From an uncultured Candidatus Saccharibacteria bacterium (GTDB taxonomy: Bacteria > Patescibacteriota > Minisyncoccia > Sungbacterales > SURF-37), in NCBI GenBank assembly GCA_964395285.1, contig CAYNAP010000002.1, positions 1-37,102 of the forward strand: a DNA stretch of 37,102 nt. The letters run 5' to 3'. A program made the position numbers and the translations under genes. Of this stretch, positions 8,527 through 17,485 are shown one piece after another. How positions within the stretch are numbered: the stretch's first letter is position 1; every line of letters starts with the position of its first letter. A model generated the notes under the pieces. The model was not told the origin of the DNA. It saw only the letters and a list, made by a program, of their open reading frames with translations, and made no database searches.

Positions 8527-8943
8527 ATGGCAAACTACCAAAAAATTGAATTGCCAGCCGACAAGCTCAAGAAACTAAAAGTTGGGCTGGTTTATCTTTT
8601 CGGGTCGCGCGCGGAAGGAACGGCGGGACCCTCAAGCGATTACGATATCGGCGTTGTCTTCACCGACCCGACCATTGTTCGCGGGGATACAACCGGAGTC
8701 TATAATATCCTGTTTGATATTTTCTCTGGCGTGCTGGACTTAAGCGATTTCAGATCTGTTGATATTGTATTTTTGGAACGCGCTTCACTGGAATTGCGTT
8801 TTGACGCGATTCGGCATGGGGTTGTTCTCTTTGAAATTTCATCTGAATTTCGGGCGGAGTTCGAAGAGCGCGTGAGTATGCTTTACCGCGATTTCAGGCC
8901 GCTTTTAGACGAATTTAACCGAGCCATACTCGAGCGCGTATGA
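8527..8943 (+). CDS. mntA: Minimal nucleotidyltransferase (MNT-type antitoxin), pair 2
   Basis: Contains the NTase motif LFGSRAEGTAGPSSDYDIGVV. Confidence 0.75.
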   Translation: MANYQKIELPADKLKKLKVGLVYLFGSRAEGTAGPSSDYDIGVVFTDPTIVRGDTTGVYNILFDIFSGVLDLSDFRSVDIVFLERASLELRFDAIRHGVVLFEISSEFRAEFEERVSMLYRDFRPLLDEFNRAILERV

Positions 8944-9069
8944 ATCCTGTTAGAGATCGTGGTTGCGGCGCCTGCTCTTTAGCAGGGTAACCAAAATTAA
9001 ATTTGCGTATTGTATAAAAGTTTAGCAAAGAGGCAATAGCGAATTTGACCGCGACCTGTCTCTAACGGG

Positions 9070-9534
9070 ATGAACAAATTGCCTTTGAAGCTCCAATCCA
9101 TCACTCCGCGCATGGACGGCATTATGAAGGACGTGGCGAAATTGCAGAAGCTCGGTGGTATTGCGAGGGGTGAATTTATTTCGGGGAAAAATGATTACTT
9201 TGACGTAGCGAAGTTGCGGCTCCGCGAAGCGCTGGAAGGTGTGTTTAATATTGGCGTTCACATTCTATCGCGTATCGAAGGCGGCCGGACAACAGAGTAT
9301 AAGGAGATAGCGAACAAGCTTGGTGAGTTCGGCATTGTTGATCCGAATTTTGCAAAAGAAACGCTTTTAAAAATGGCGGGATACAGAAATCGACTTACTC
9401 ACTTTTATGCGGAAATTACTCCAGAGGAAATGTACGATATTATTCAGAATAACCTAAGGGATTTTGATGTTTTCTTGAAAGCGGTAAAAAATTTGCTGGA
9501 ACGCCCCGAGAGATTCAACTTAACGATTGAGTAA
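9070..9534 (+). CDS. hepT: HEPN/DUF86 (HepT-type toxin), pair 2
   Basis: Contains the YRNRLTHFY motif. The start codon is uncertain because several in-frame ATGs exist. Confidence 0.7.
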   Translation: MNKLPLKLQSITPRMDGIMKDVAKLQKLGGIARGEFISGKNDYFDVAKLRLREALEGVFNIGVHILSRIEGGRTTEYKEIANKLGEFGIVDPNFAKETLLKMAGYRNRLTHFYAEITPEEMYDIIQNNLRDFDVFLKAVKNLLERPERFNLTIE

Positions 9535-9598
9535 ACTTTCTTAAGATAGGCACTTCGCCCCGTTAGAAATCCATTCCTGCTCACCACAAAGAGTTAAT

Positions 9599-10501
9599 AT
9601 GATCTATTTCCTTTACGGCGCGGATACTTACCGCAGCCGGAAAAAGCTAAAAGAGATTGTTGAAGAATTCCGCAAGAAGAGCGGAGGGGTTTTGGGGGTG
9701 ACGCGCGTTGACGCCGGAGAGAATCCCGAGGCGGTTTATGATATCGGGCGAACCGGATCGTTTTTTCAAGCCAAAGAACTTTTCATAATCGAAAATGTCT
9801 TGTCGCTAGACCCCAAGCCGGCCGATTTCGCGGCCGAACGTTGTGATTTTTGGGCGAACAGCAAAGAGGTGATAGTTGTTTTCTGGGAGGCAGAAATTGA
9901 CAGCAAAAAGTCCAAACTTTTCGAAGGAATAAAAAAGAGAGCGGCTAAGGAGCAGAACTTTGAATTGCTTTCCGGGGCGAAACTTGAAGCGTGGATTTCT
10001 AAGGAGGCGGCAGCGAGAGAGGCAGGTTTGGGTGCAGCGGAAATAAAGTTATTAGCCGCGCGGCTAGGCGGCGATCTATGGTCTGCGGCCAATGAGCTGG
10101 ATAAAATCTCCTGCGGCTGGTCGGCGGCGAAAGGAGTAAAGGAGGAAGAAAAAATATGGAACATGACCGATGCGTTTTTGAAGAACCGGCGGAGCAGTTT
10201 CCGGCCGCTCATGAACTTGCTCGCGGACGGCTATGACCCGATTTATATAATCGGCGCTTTGGCCGGAGCTCTCCGCAATTTGGCGCAAGTTTGGCAGGGG
10301 GTTCAGGACGGTGAGGTCAAAAAAGCCACGGCTAAGCTTAGTCCTTATGTCGCCAGAAAAAACACAGAACTTGCGCGAGGGATGGACGCTAGCAGGCTAG
10401 ACCGCTGCTTCGACGATTTGGTTCGAGCCGATCTCGAATTAAAAACTGGTCGCCTGCCCCCGCCTTGGCCGTTGATTAAGCTTGTTTTGAAACAAGGTTG
10501 A
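9599..10501 (+). CDS. holA: DNA polymerase III subunit delta
   Basis: The N-terminus MIYFLYGADTYRSRKKLKEIV and overall 300-aa architecture are typical of HolA. Confidence 0.7.
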   Translation: MIYFLYGADTYRSRKKLKEIVEEFRKKSGGVLGVTRVDAGENPEAVYDIGRTGSFFQAKELFIIENVLSLDPKPADFAAERCDFWANSKEVIVVFWEAEIDSKKSKLFEGIKKRAAKEQNFELLSGAKLEAWISKEAAAREAGLGAAEIKLLAARLGGDLWSAANELDKISCGWSAAKGVKEEEKIWNMTDAFLKNRRSSFRPLMNLLADGYDPIYIIGALAGALRNLAQVWQGVQDGEVKKATAKLSPYVARKNTELARGMDASRLDRCFDDLVRADLELKTGRLPPPWPLIKLVLKQG

Positions 10502-10583
10502 TTGGTAAATCCTCTCACCAAGTATTAGCGGGAGGGGTAAGAGACCGCAAGGTATTCGGGAAGATGGGAGGGTAAATCAAATA

Positions 10584-10617
10584 CCCCGTTCCAGTTGACC
10601 GGAACGGGGCTGATTTT
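10584..10617. terminator. Bidirectional intrinsic terminator between holA and rpsT
   Basis: The stem pairs ccccgttcc with ggaacgggg (9 bp). It is followed by ctgatttt on the + strand and by a T-rich run on the - strand. Confidence 0.6.
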
Positions 10618-10643
10618 AGATCGAGAGCCGGAAAATTGATGGC

Positions 10644-10913
10644 TTATTTTGCCGCGACGGAATTGATTCGCTTCATCATTCGCGATTTTTTCCGGGCGGC
10701 CGCGTTTTTCTTGATGACACCGGTTTTGGCCGCTTTGTCGAGGGCTTTGTAAGCCGTCGGCGCGAGTTTTCTCGCTTCATCGGTTTTTTGGGCTTGAACC
10801 AGTTTTTCAACGCGTTTGAGAATGTTTTTATAGGCCTCTTTTTTCCGGAGGTTTCTTACGGTTCGCCGCTTGGTTTGGCGGAGGGCTTTTTCGGCTGACT
10901 TGGTTATGGGCAT
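10644..10913 (-). CDS. rpsT: 30S ribosomal protein S20
   Basis: MPITKSAEKALRQTKRRTVRNLRKKEAYKN... is a typical S20 sequence. Confidence 0.9.
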   Translation of the reverse strand: MPITKSAEKALRQTKRRTVRNLRKKEAYKNILKRVEKLVQAQKTDEARKLAPTAYKALDKAAKTGVIKKNAAARKKSRMMKRINSVAAK

Positions 10914-11182
10914 GTTTCCTCGCTTCGCTCGATCAAATGCAAAATGACGGAGATGGACTGTTAAAGCCTATATCAAAAATGCCTGAAAGTAATTACTCTT
11001 CGAGCGAGGTCGAGAAGATACCTTGCGCTTATGCCATTTTTGTTCTTCTCTCGACCCTAGTCCGACCTGGCGGGTCTAGGACAAGCTCGAGATAAACTAG
11101 CCCGAACAATACCTGCGCAACTGATTTTTGAGATAGGTTCTAGATACTTATAGATGATATCTTATTTAGTTTTTTGGTCAAG

Positions 11183-13228
11183 CTACTGTCTGTACTTTCT
11201 GATGCGGTCGCGTATTTTGGCTGCCAGTTCAAAATCCATTTCCTTGGCCGCCTTCCGCATTTCGCGCTCGAGCGCCAAGATCATCTCGCGCGTGGGGCCG
11301 GCGGGAAGAAATATCTCCTCATCTTTTTTGGGCGAAAGTTCTTCAAGGAGTGATTTTCGGATGGCCTTTTCGATCTTTATCGGGGTTATATTGCGTTCTT
11401 GGTTGTATGCTTCCTGAACTTTCCGGCGGCGCGCCGTTTCATCCATGGCTTTTTGCATTGATTCGGTGATTGCATCGGCGTAAAGGATGACTTCGCCATT
11501 GGTGTGGCGCGCCGCCCGGCCGATTATCTGCAACAGCGTGGTTTCGTTTCGCAAAAAGCCTTCTTTATCGGCATCCAAAATGGCGATGAACGAGACCTCC
11601 GGCAAGTCCAGACCCTCGCGGAGAAGATTTATACCAACGAGCACGTCGTGCTCGCCTTCGCGGAGTTTTTTCAAAATATCCGGGCGGTCAAGAGTTTTTA
11701 CTTCGGAGTGGAGATACTCGGCCTTGATTCCGGCTTCGGATAGGTACTCGGCGATGTCTTCAGCCAGGCGCTTGGTCAGGGCCATGACGAGCGACCGCTC
11801 TTTTTTGGCGACGCGTTTTTTGATTTCGGCAATGACGTCTTTGATTTGATTTTTGGTGGGCCGGACTTCGATTTTCGGATCAAGGACGCCGGTGGGGCGG
11901 ATGAGTTGTTCCACAACGCGACACGAATGATGCGAATGATCACCCGAATGATCCGAATATTCGGGTAATTCGGACGCCATTCGTGTATTGGGGTCACATC
12001 CCGAGCGCCTTAACTCATATATTCCCGGAGTGGCTGATGCAAAAAGCACGCGCTTAACTTTTTCATTGAACTCTTCAAACTTGAGCGGGCGGTTATCTAC
12101 GGCGGACGGCAGGCGAAAACCGTACTCGACTAACGTTTCTTTTCTCGCGCGGTCGCCGTGGTACATGCCGCGGAGTTGGGGCAAAGAAACATGCGATTCG
12201 TCAATGATGACGAGAAAATCATCGCCGAAGCGGTGGCGGTAATAGTCAATCAAGGTGAAAGGCGGCGAGCCAGCCGGGCGGAAAGATAGGTGTCGCGAAT
12301 AATTCTCGATACCATTCGCGTAGCCGGTGTGTTCGAGCATTTCCATATCGAAATTGGTGCGTTCGCCCAAGCGTTCGGCCTCGAGAGGTTTATCTTCCTT
12401 CTTAAATCTTGCGACCTGCTCCTTTAGTTCTTCCTTTATATTGCGGATGGCAAGCTTGAGTTTGGAGCGCGGAGTCACAAAGTGCTTGGCCGGGAAGAGT
12501 TTGAAGGAGGGGATAGCGGATAGGGAATGGGGGCTAACGAGGCCGACTTTTTGGAGGCCAAGGCTTTTTATCTGGTTACGGTCAAGTTCGATTTCGATAA
12601 TGAGTTTTTCTTCACCGGAGGGCAGGAAAATCTCAACTGCATTATCGCGGATGCGGAAATTGCCCTGGCGCGGATCAAAGTCATTTTTGGAGTATTGCAG
12701 TAAAACAAGATCGCGGGCTATTTGGCGCAAGTTAATTCTTTGGCCGATCTTAAACTCAATAGCTATTTTTTCGTATTCTTCGGGATCGCCGATGCCGTAG
12801 ATGCAGGATACCGAGGCAACAATCAGCACGTCGTTTCTCATCAGCAAATCGGCCGTCGCCGCATGGCGGAGCGAATCAATCAACTCGTTAATTTTCGCAT
12901 CCTTTTCTATATAGGTATCGCTCTGGGGGATGTAGGCCTCGGGCTGGTAGTAATCATAGTAGGAGACGAAGTAGTGAACGGCGTTTTCGGGGAAAAATTC
13001 TTTGAACTCTTGGTAGAGTTGGGCGGCAAGAGTTTTATTATGAGAGATGACGAGGGTAGGCTTCTGGATTTTTTCCACGACGTTTGCCATGCTGAAAGTT
13101 TTCCCGCTGCCCGTTACGCCAAGAAGCGTCTGATGCGTTGCGCTGTCGCGAAAACCGGCCACAAGTCTTTCTATCGCTTGCGGCTGATCTCCAGTTGGTT
13201 GGAAATGTGAAAACAGTTTAAATACCAC
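11183..13228 (-). CDS. uvrB: Excinuclease ABC subunit B
   Basis: Contains FKLFSHFQPTGDQPQAI, GVTGSGKT, DESH and VEQLIRPTGVLDP, with a UVR domain at the C-terminus. I chose the GTG start at 13228 (VVFKLF). The longer ORF running to 13336 would overlap the divergent ruvA start. Confidence 0.9.
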   Translation of the reverse strand: MVFKLFSHFQPTGDQPQAIERLVAGFRDSATHQTLLGVTGSGKTFSMANVVEKIQKPTLVISHNKTLAAQLYQEFKEFFPENAVHYFVSYYDYYQPEAYIPQSDTYIEKDAKINELIDSLRHAATADLLMRNDVLIVASVSCIYGIGDPEEYEKIAIEFKIGQRINLRQIARDLVLLQYSKNDFDPRQGNFRIRDNAVEIFLPSGEEKLIIEIELDRNQIKSLGLQKVGLVSPHSLSAIPSFKLFPAKHFVTPRSKLKLAIRNIKEELKEQVARFKKEDKPLEAERLGERTNFDMEMLEHTGYANGIENYSRHLSFRPAGSPPFTLIDYYRHRFGDDFLVIIDESHVSLPQLRGMYHGDRARKETLVEYGFRLPSAVDNRPLKFEEFNEKVKRVLFASATPGIYELRRSGCDPNTRMASELPEYSDHSGDHSHHSCRVVEQLIRPTGVLDPKIEVRPTKNQIKDVIAEIKKRVAKKERSLVMALTKRLAEDIAEYLSEAGIKAEYLHSEVKTLDRPDILKKLREGEHDVLVGINLLREGLDLPEVSFIAILDADKEGFLRNETTLLQIIGRAARHTNGEVILYADAITESMQKAMDETARRRKVQEAYNQERNITPIKIEKAIRKSLLEELSPKKDEEIFLPAGPTREMILALEREMRKAAKEMDFELAAKIRDRIRKYRQ
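11921..11986. repeat. 66-nt CGAAT-type palindromic element inserted in-frame in uvrB
   Basis: The outer arms acacgaatg (11921-11929) and cattcgtgt (11978-11986) are exact reverse complements, and there is an inner ccgaatattcgg palindrome. The element encodes TRMASELPEYSDHSGDHSHHSC (22 aa). Confidence 0.8.
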
Positions 13229-13301
13229 GGTATTATTTTGGATGGTGATCACCTGTAGGGCTGAACTTTGATACAAGTTTAAACATCGGTATGATTGACT
13301 T

Positions 13302-13889
13302 ATGATAGCATTCGTTGAAGGCGAGGTTTTGCTCAAAGGCGAAAAATTTATTGTACTTGATGCCGGCGGGATCGGCTATCGCTTATTCGTTAGTCCGGAA
13401 ACACTGCGAAAAATACCAGAAAAAGGGCAAAAAGTAAAGGTTTTCACTCATCTCTACCAGCGCGAGGACACCCAAGAGCTTTACGGCTTTTTGAATTACG
13501 CCGAACTGGAGTTTTTTGAAACGCTGATTCAGATTTCGGGTATCGGGCCGAAAAGCGGACTCGGGATAATGGCTATTGCCCCGCTCGACACTTTGAAAAA
13601 GGCCATTGCCAGCGGCGACACTTCTTATCTTACGCGCGTCTCGGGTATCGGACGAAAAACCGCGGAGAAAATAGTTTTGGAATTGCGCGAAAAAATGGCG
13701 GGTAAAGGCGTATCTTCGGTTGAGGCGCCGGAACTAAAAGAAGAGGCCGATGCACTGGAAGCCCTAGTGTCTTTAGGCTATACCCAAAGCGAGGCGCGAG
13801 AAGCGTTGAATAGAGTACAAAAAGAAGTTAGCGGAGCAAGCGAGAGAGTCAAGGAGGCGCTGCGACAATTAGGGGATCATAAGAGGTAG
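13302..13889 (+). CDS. ruvA: Holliday junction DNA helicase subunit RuvA
   Basis: Contains MIAFVEGEVLLKGEKFIVLDAGGIGYRLFVS and the HhH motifs ISGIGPKSG and VSGIGRKTAEKI. Confidence 0.9.
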   Translation: MIAFVEGEVLLKGEKFIVLDAGGIGYRLFVSPETLRKIPEKGQKVKVFTHLYQREDTQELYGFLNYAELEFFETLIQISGIGPKSGLGIMAIAPLDTLKKAIASGDTSYLTRVSGIGRKTAEKIVLELREKMAGKGVSSVEAPELKEEADALEALVSLGYTQSEAREALNRVQKEVSGASERVKEALRQLGDHKR

Positions 13890-13892
13890 GGC

Positions 13893-14768
13893 ATGTCATT
13901 TCTGCAATCCCGCGAATGGGAGGAAATTCAGAAAAAGATAGGCCGGACGGTGAAGCGCATCGGGCCGGTTTTGGTCATAAGGCACGACCTGCCCTACGGC
14001 TATAACTATTTGTATTCTCCGCGGCCTAGGGCGCTATCGCCGGAGTTTCTTGCGGCGGCTGGCAAATGGGCTAAAGAGAACCAATCAATTTTCCTTAAGG
14101 TCGATCCGGATCGGCCGCTGGACGGCTCTCTAGGCGGTAAGAAAGGCAACTCACTCCAACCAAGTTCGACTATTTTAATTGATTGCCGCAAAACGGAGGA
14201 TCAGCTGCTTGTGGCTATGCACCCAAAGACTCGCTATAACATCCGCTTGGCCGACAGGCGGGGAGTGGTTATACGGCCGATAGCCGCGGCGAATGTCGGC
14301 AGTTATTTTGAAACTTTCTGGGCACTCATGCAGGAAACGGCCAGCCGTGATCGCTTTTTCGTTCATCCCCGGGAACATTATCAAGCTCTTTTTGCGGTTA
14401 AGGACAATGATTTCGAAAATCAGCTCTGGCTCGCGGAGTATGGAGGGGAAATCGTCGCCGCGGCCATAGTCAACTTTTTCCGGCCGGAAGCCAAGACAAC
14501 TTACCTTCACGGCGCATCAGCCGGCGAGGCGCGCGAGGTCATGGCTCCGCATCTTTTGCATTGGGAGATAATACGCGCGGTGAAATTCCGCGGTTTTGGG
14601 AGTTATGATTTTGGCGGGATTGATGAAGAAAAGTGGCCGGGGCTGACCCGCTTTAAAAAGGGTTTCGGGGGTGATATGGTTAACTTTCCCGACGCGCGCG
14701 ATTTTGTTTTTCGCAAGGCCCTTTATTGGCTTTATAGCTTTCAGCATAGGATTCGGCACGGTTTTTGA
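13893..14768 (+). CDS. FemAB/FemX-family peptidoglycan bridge-forming aminoacyltransferase (short form)
   Basis: Contains FLQSREWEEIQ and HPKTRYNIRLADRRGV with a GNAT-like C-terminal half. It sits next to murE. Confidence 0.65.
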   Translation: MSFLQSREWEEIQKKIGRTVKRIGPVLVIRHDLPYGYNYLYSPRPRALSPEFLAAAGKWAKENQSIFLKVDPDRPLDGSLGGKKGNSLQPSSTILIDCRKTEDQLLVAMHPKTRYNIRLADRRGVVIRPIAAANVGSYFETFWALMQETASRDRFFVHPREHYQALFAVKDNDFENQLWLAEYGGEIVAAAIVNFFRPEAKTTYLHGASAGEAREVMAPHLLHWEIIRAVKFRGFGSYDFGGIDEEKWPGLTRFKKGFGGDMVNFPDARDFVFRKALYWLYSFQHRIRHGF

Positions 14769-14869
14769 TTTGCGAGTTATGCATCTTAAGGTATCGGGCA
14801 TCAGGGTATAAGGTTATCTGGCCGATCGTCCAAATAACCTTATATTGCCTATCTTGCGAGCCTTCTTTT

Positions 14870-16261
14870 ATGAGTTTTCTTATCATTGTTAAAAAAATTG
14901 TTCCGCTTGGAATTTTGGAAGCCGTCCGTCCTTTTTATCATTGGCTTCTTGCGGCACTGGCCGCGTCAGTTTACGGGCGGCCTTCGCGAAGGTTGATAGT
15001 CATCGGCGTGACCGGCACCAACGGCAAAACCACGGTGGTCCACCTCTTGCATGAGATATTCCGGGCAGCGGGGTTTAGAGTCGGGTCGTCTTCATCGCTG
15101 CGGTTTAAAATCAATGATACGGAAGAGAAAAACCTGCTTAAGATGACAATGCCCGGCCGCTTCCGGCTGCAGAAGTTTTTAGCCCGATGCCGCGACTCCG
15201 GATGCCGCTTTGCTATTATCGAGGTGACTTCCGAAGGCATAAGGCAATCGCGCCACCGGTTTATAAATTTCAAGGCCGCCGTGCTTACCAACATCCGGCC
15301 GGAGCATATTGAGGCGCACGGCAGTTTTGATAACTACCGCGGGGCCAAAATGGAGCTTTTTAAAAAACTGCCGCGATCGGGTTTCGCTGTTCTTAATAAA
15401 GAAGACGAGTCGTCGAAACTTATTGCCGAAGACACTAAAGCCGAAACTATTTGGTATTCGCCTTCATTCATCGAGGTAAAGCATATTGGCCATCCGGTCC
15501 ACGTTAACGCTGCTTACCCTTCGCGCACGCTATTTGAGGTAGAGAACGTTTTTATGGAAATGAATCTCGGCGGCGATTTTAACGTGATGAATGCGCTTGC
15601 CGCTATCGCCGCAGCTATGGCTTTTAATGTTTCACTTTCGGCAGCGGCACAAGCATTAGGCCAGTTCAAGGGTGTTGCCGGGCGGATGGAGTATATCCAG
15701 AATAAGCCGTTTGCAGTGGTGGTGGATTACGCGCATACGCCGGATGCGCTGGAAAGCGTCTATGGGACGCTTTCCAGTGCAAGCTCAAAGCTCAAAGCTT
15801 CCGCCTACGCCGAGGCTTCCGCCGCCGGTAAACCTTTGGCGGACAAGTCGGCGGGCAGGCAAAATTCAAAACTAATCTGCGTTCTTGGCGCGGCCGGAGG
15901 AGGGCGCGACAAGTGGAAACGTCCGGAGATGGGCAAAGTCGCTGCCAACTTTTGCAGAGAGGTTATTTTGACCAGCGAGGATCCAGACGACGAAAATCCT
16001 CAGCGGATTATGGAAGAGATTGAAAGAGGATTTTCGTCAAATTCCAAATTCCAAATTCCAAATTCCAAAAAAGTCGTAGATCGGCGGGAAGCAATTTGTT
16101 CCGCGTTGCAGGATGCTAAACCCGGTGATACAGTCATCATAACCGGCATGGGCGCCCAGCCGTGGTTTATCGAGAAAGGCAGAAAGATACCGTGGGATGA
16201 CAGGGAAGTTGTTAAGGAAGAACTAGTTAAATTAGCGGATGTTCCTACGAATTACGAATAA
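14870..16261 (+). CDS. murE: UDP-N-acetylmuramoyl-tripeptide synthetase (MurE-type Mur ligase)
   Basis: Contains GVTGTNGKTT, DYAHTPDALE and GAAGGGRDKWKRPEMG. The start was taken at ATG 14870 (MSFLIIVKK). Confidence 0.8.
   Translation: MSFLIIVKKIVPLGILEAVRPFYHWLLAALAASVYGRPSRRLIVIGVTGTNGKTTVVHLLHEIFRAAGFRVGSSSSLRFKINDTEEKNLLKMTMPGRFRLQKFLARCRDSGCRFAIIEVTSEGIRQSRHRFINFKAAVLTNIRPEHIEAHGSFDNYRGAKMELFKKLPRSGFAVLNKEDESSKLIAEDTKAETIWYSPSFIEVKHIGHPVHVNAAYPSRTLFEVENVFMEMNLGGDFNVMNALAAIAAAMAFNVSLSAAAQALGQFKGVAGRMEYIQNKPFAVVVDYAHTPDALESVYGTLSSASSKLKASAYAEASAAGKPLADKSAGRQNSKLICVLGAAGGGRDKWKRPEMGKVAANFCREVILTSEDPDDENPQRIMEEIERGFSSNSKFQIPNSKKVVDRREAICSALQDAKPGDTVIITGMGAQPWFIEKGRKIPWDDREVVKEELVKLADVPTNYE
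16038..16072 (+). repeat. Heptamer microsatellite (CAAATTC x4 plus a degenerate copy) inside murE
   Basis: Sequence caaattc caaattc caaattc caaattc caaaaaa, translated as SNSKFQIPNSKK. Confidence 0.9.
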
Positions 16262-16307
16262 TTTTGAATTACGAATTCGCAATTCGGTGAAATTCGTAAT
16301 TCGTAGG
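16244..16307. repeat. 64-nt CGAAT-type palindromic element spanning the murE stop codon
   Basis: cctacgaattacgaat (16244-16259) is the exact reverse complement of attcgtaattcgtagg (16292-16307). The inner sequence is gaattacgaattcgcaattc. Confidence 0.85.
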
Positions 16308-16313
16308 ATTACC

Positions 16314-17213
16314 ATGAACACTTTTGATCTCCAAATGCATTCAACGGCTTCGGATGGAGTCCTCGCGCCGCGGGAGCTGGTCCGCAAAGCTAGAAAATTT
16401 GGTATTGCGGTGATGGCGCTTACCGATCACGACACGGTAGTCGGGGTTAAGGAAGCTGAAGCTGCTGGCAGGGAATTCGGCGTTGAGGTTATCCCCGGCA
16501 TTGAGTTATCATGCGGTCACGGCGATCTCGGGTTGCATATTTTGGGCTACGGGGTTGACATCGACAACCCCAATCTGCTTGCGGCTTCGAAGAAAATAAA
16601 GCAATTACGGATTGAACGCGCCAAAGAAATGGTGCGGCGGCTTAAGGAAGAAGGATTCCAGATTGATTACCAGAGCGTTGAAAGGCGGGCCTCGGGCGGG
16701 ATGGTGATGCGGCCGCATATCGCTTTCGAGATTTTGGAAAACCCCGTCAACCATGAACTCTTGGGGGGCATAAAAACCAAGGGCGAGTTTATCAGGAATT
16801 TTCTTGTTTCCGGCAAACCCGCTTACGTGGAGCTTGAAGATTTGGATTCGAAGGCGAGCATAGAGTTAATCCATAGCGCCGGGGGAGTCGCCGTTTGGTC
16901 TCACCCGGCGGTGCATTTCTCCGAAAGTTTTGAGGGACTTGAGGCAACTTTAACCGAGCTTGTGACTTTGGGGCTGGATGGCGTTGAAGTTTTTAACTCC
17001 AGTCATACCGAGGCGGCGACAAGGCTTTTGGCTCGACTGGCGTCAAGCAAAAAACTTCTTTCCACTGCTGGTTCGGATTTTGAAGTAGAGCCGCCAGCCG
17101 GCTCCCCAGACGTTAAACCGCGAAGTCCCGGCGACTACGATACATACGGTCTATCAGCCGGTGACATTATTCCGAATTTAAAGCTGGCCATCGCCGCGCG
17201 GCAAAACAAGTGA
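16314..17213 (+). CDS. PHP-domain phosphoesterase (TrpH/YciV-like)
   Basis: FDLQMHSTASDG....MALTDHDT is a PHP motif. The start was taken at ATG 16314, downstream of the palindromic element. Confidence 0.75.
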   Translation: MNTFDLQMHSTASDGVLAPRELVRKARKFGIAVMALTDHDTVVGVKEAEAAGREFGVEVIPGIELSCGHGDLGLHILGYGVDIDNPNLLAASKKIKQLRIERAKEMVRRLKEEGFQIDYQSVERRASGGMVMRPHIAFEILENPVNHELLGGIKTKGEFIRNFLVSGKPAYVELEDLDSKASIELIHSAGGVAVWSHPAVHFSESFEGLEATLTELVTLGLDGVEVFNSSHTEAATRLLARLASSKKLLSTAGSDFEVEPPAGSPDVKPRSPGDYDTYGLSAGDIIPNLKLAIAARQNK

Positions 17214-17223
17214 ACCCCGGTTA

Positions 17224-17448
17224 TTGCCAACTTCAGATAATACTGCTATAGTAGCCGCTGTGCCCGATAAAGAATTGCCGCGATCTATTCGAAAATTTTT
17301 GCGGAGAAAGAAAGCCGAAATACGTCGGCAATTTTTAAATTCGCCTGAAGCTGAAGCGAAAATAAGAGAACTTGTCAGGAAGACTTTCGGGGAGTATAGT
17401 AAAGCCAGGAAAGGTGGGGGCAAAGAGCCAAAAATACTCAAGGTTTAG
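17224..17448 (+). CDS. Hypothetical small basic protein
   Basis: A 74-codon ORF with a TTG start, Lys/Arg-rich. No family recognised. Confidence 0.3.
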   Translation: MPTSDNTAIVAAVPDKELPRSIRKFLRRKKAEIRRQFLNSPEAEAKIRELVRKTFGEYSKARKGGGKEPKILKV

Positions 17449-17485
17449 ACGATTGCCGCATTAATCTTTTAGCAAACTATAACCG

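Noticed and set aside
9558-9570. The 13-mer ccccgttagaaat recurs exactly at 22654-22666, with a near copy at 7385-7397, suggesting another repeat family.
   Set aside because: By rough estimate (window length squared times 4^-13), an exact 13-mer recurrence in 37 kb over both strands is expected about ten times by chance. The flanks do not align.
13229-13336. An extended uvrB N-terminus (ATG at 13336).
   Set aside because: The extra 36 residues are not UvrB-like and would overlap the divergent ruvA start. An in-frame GTG lies directly before the conserved FKLFSHFQPTGDQ.
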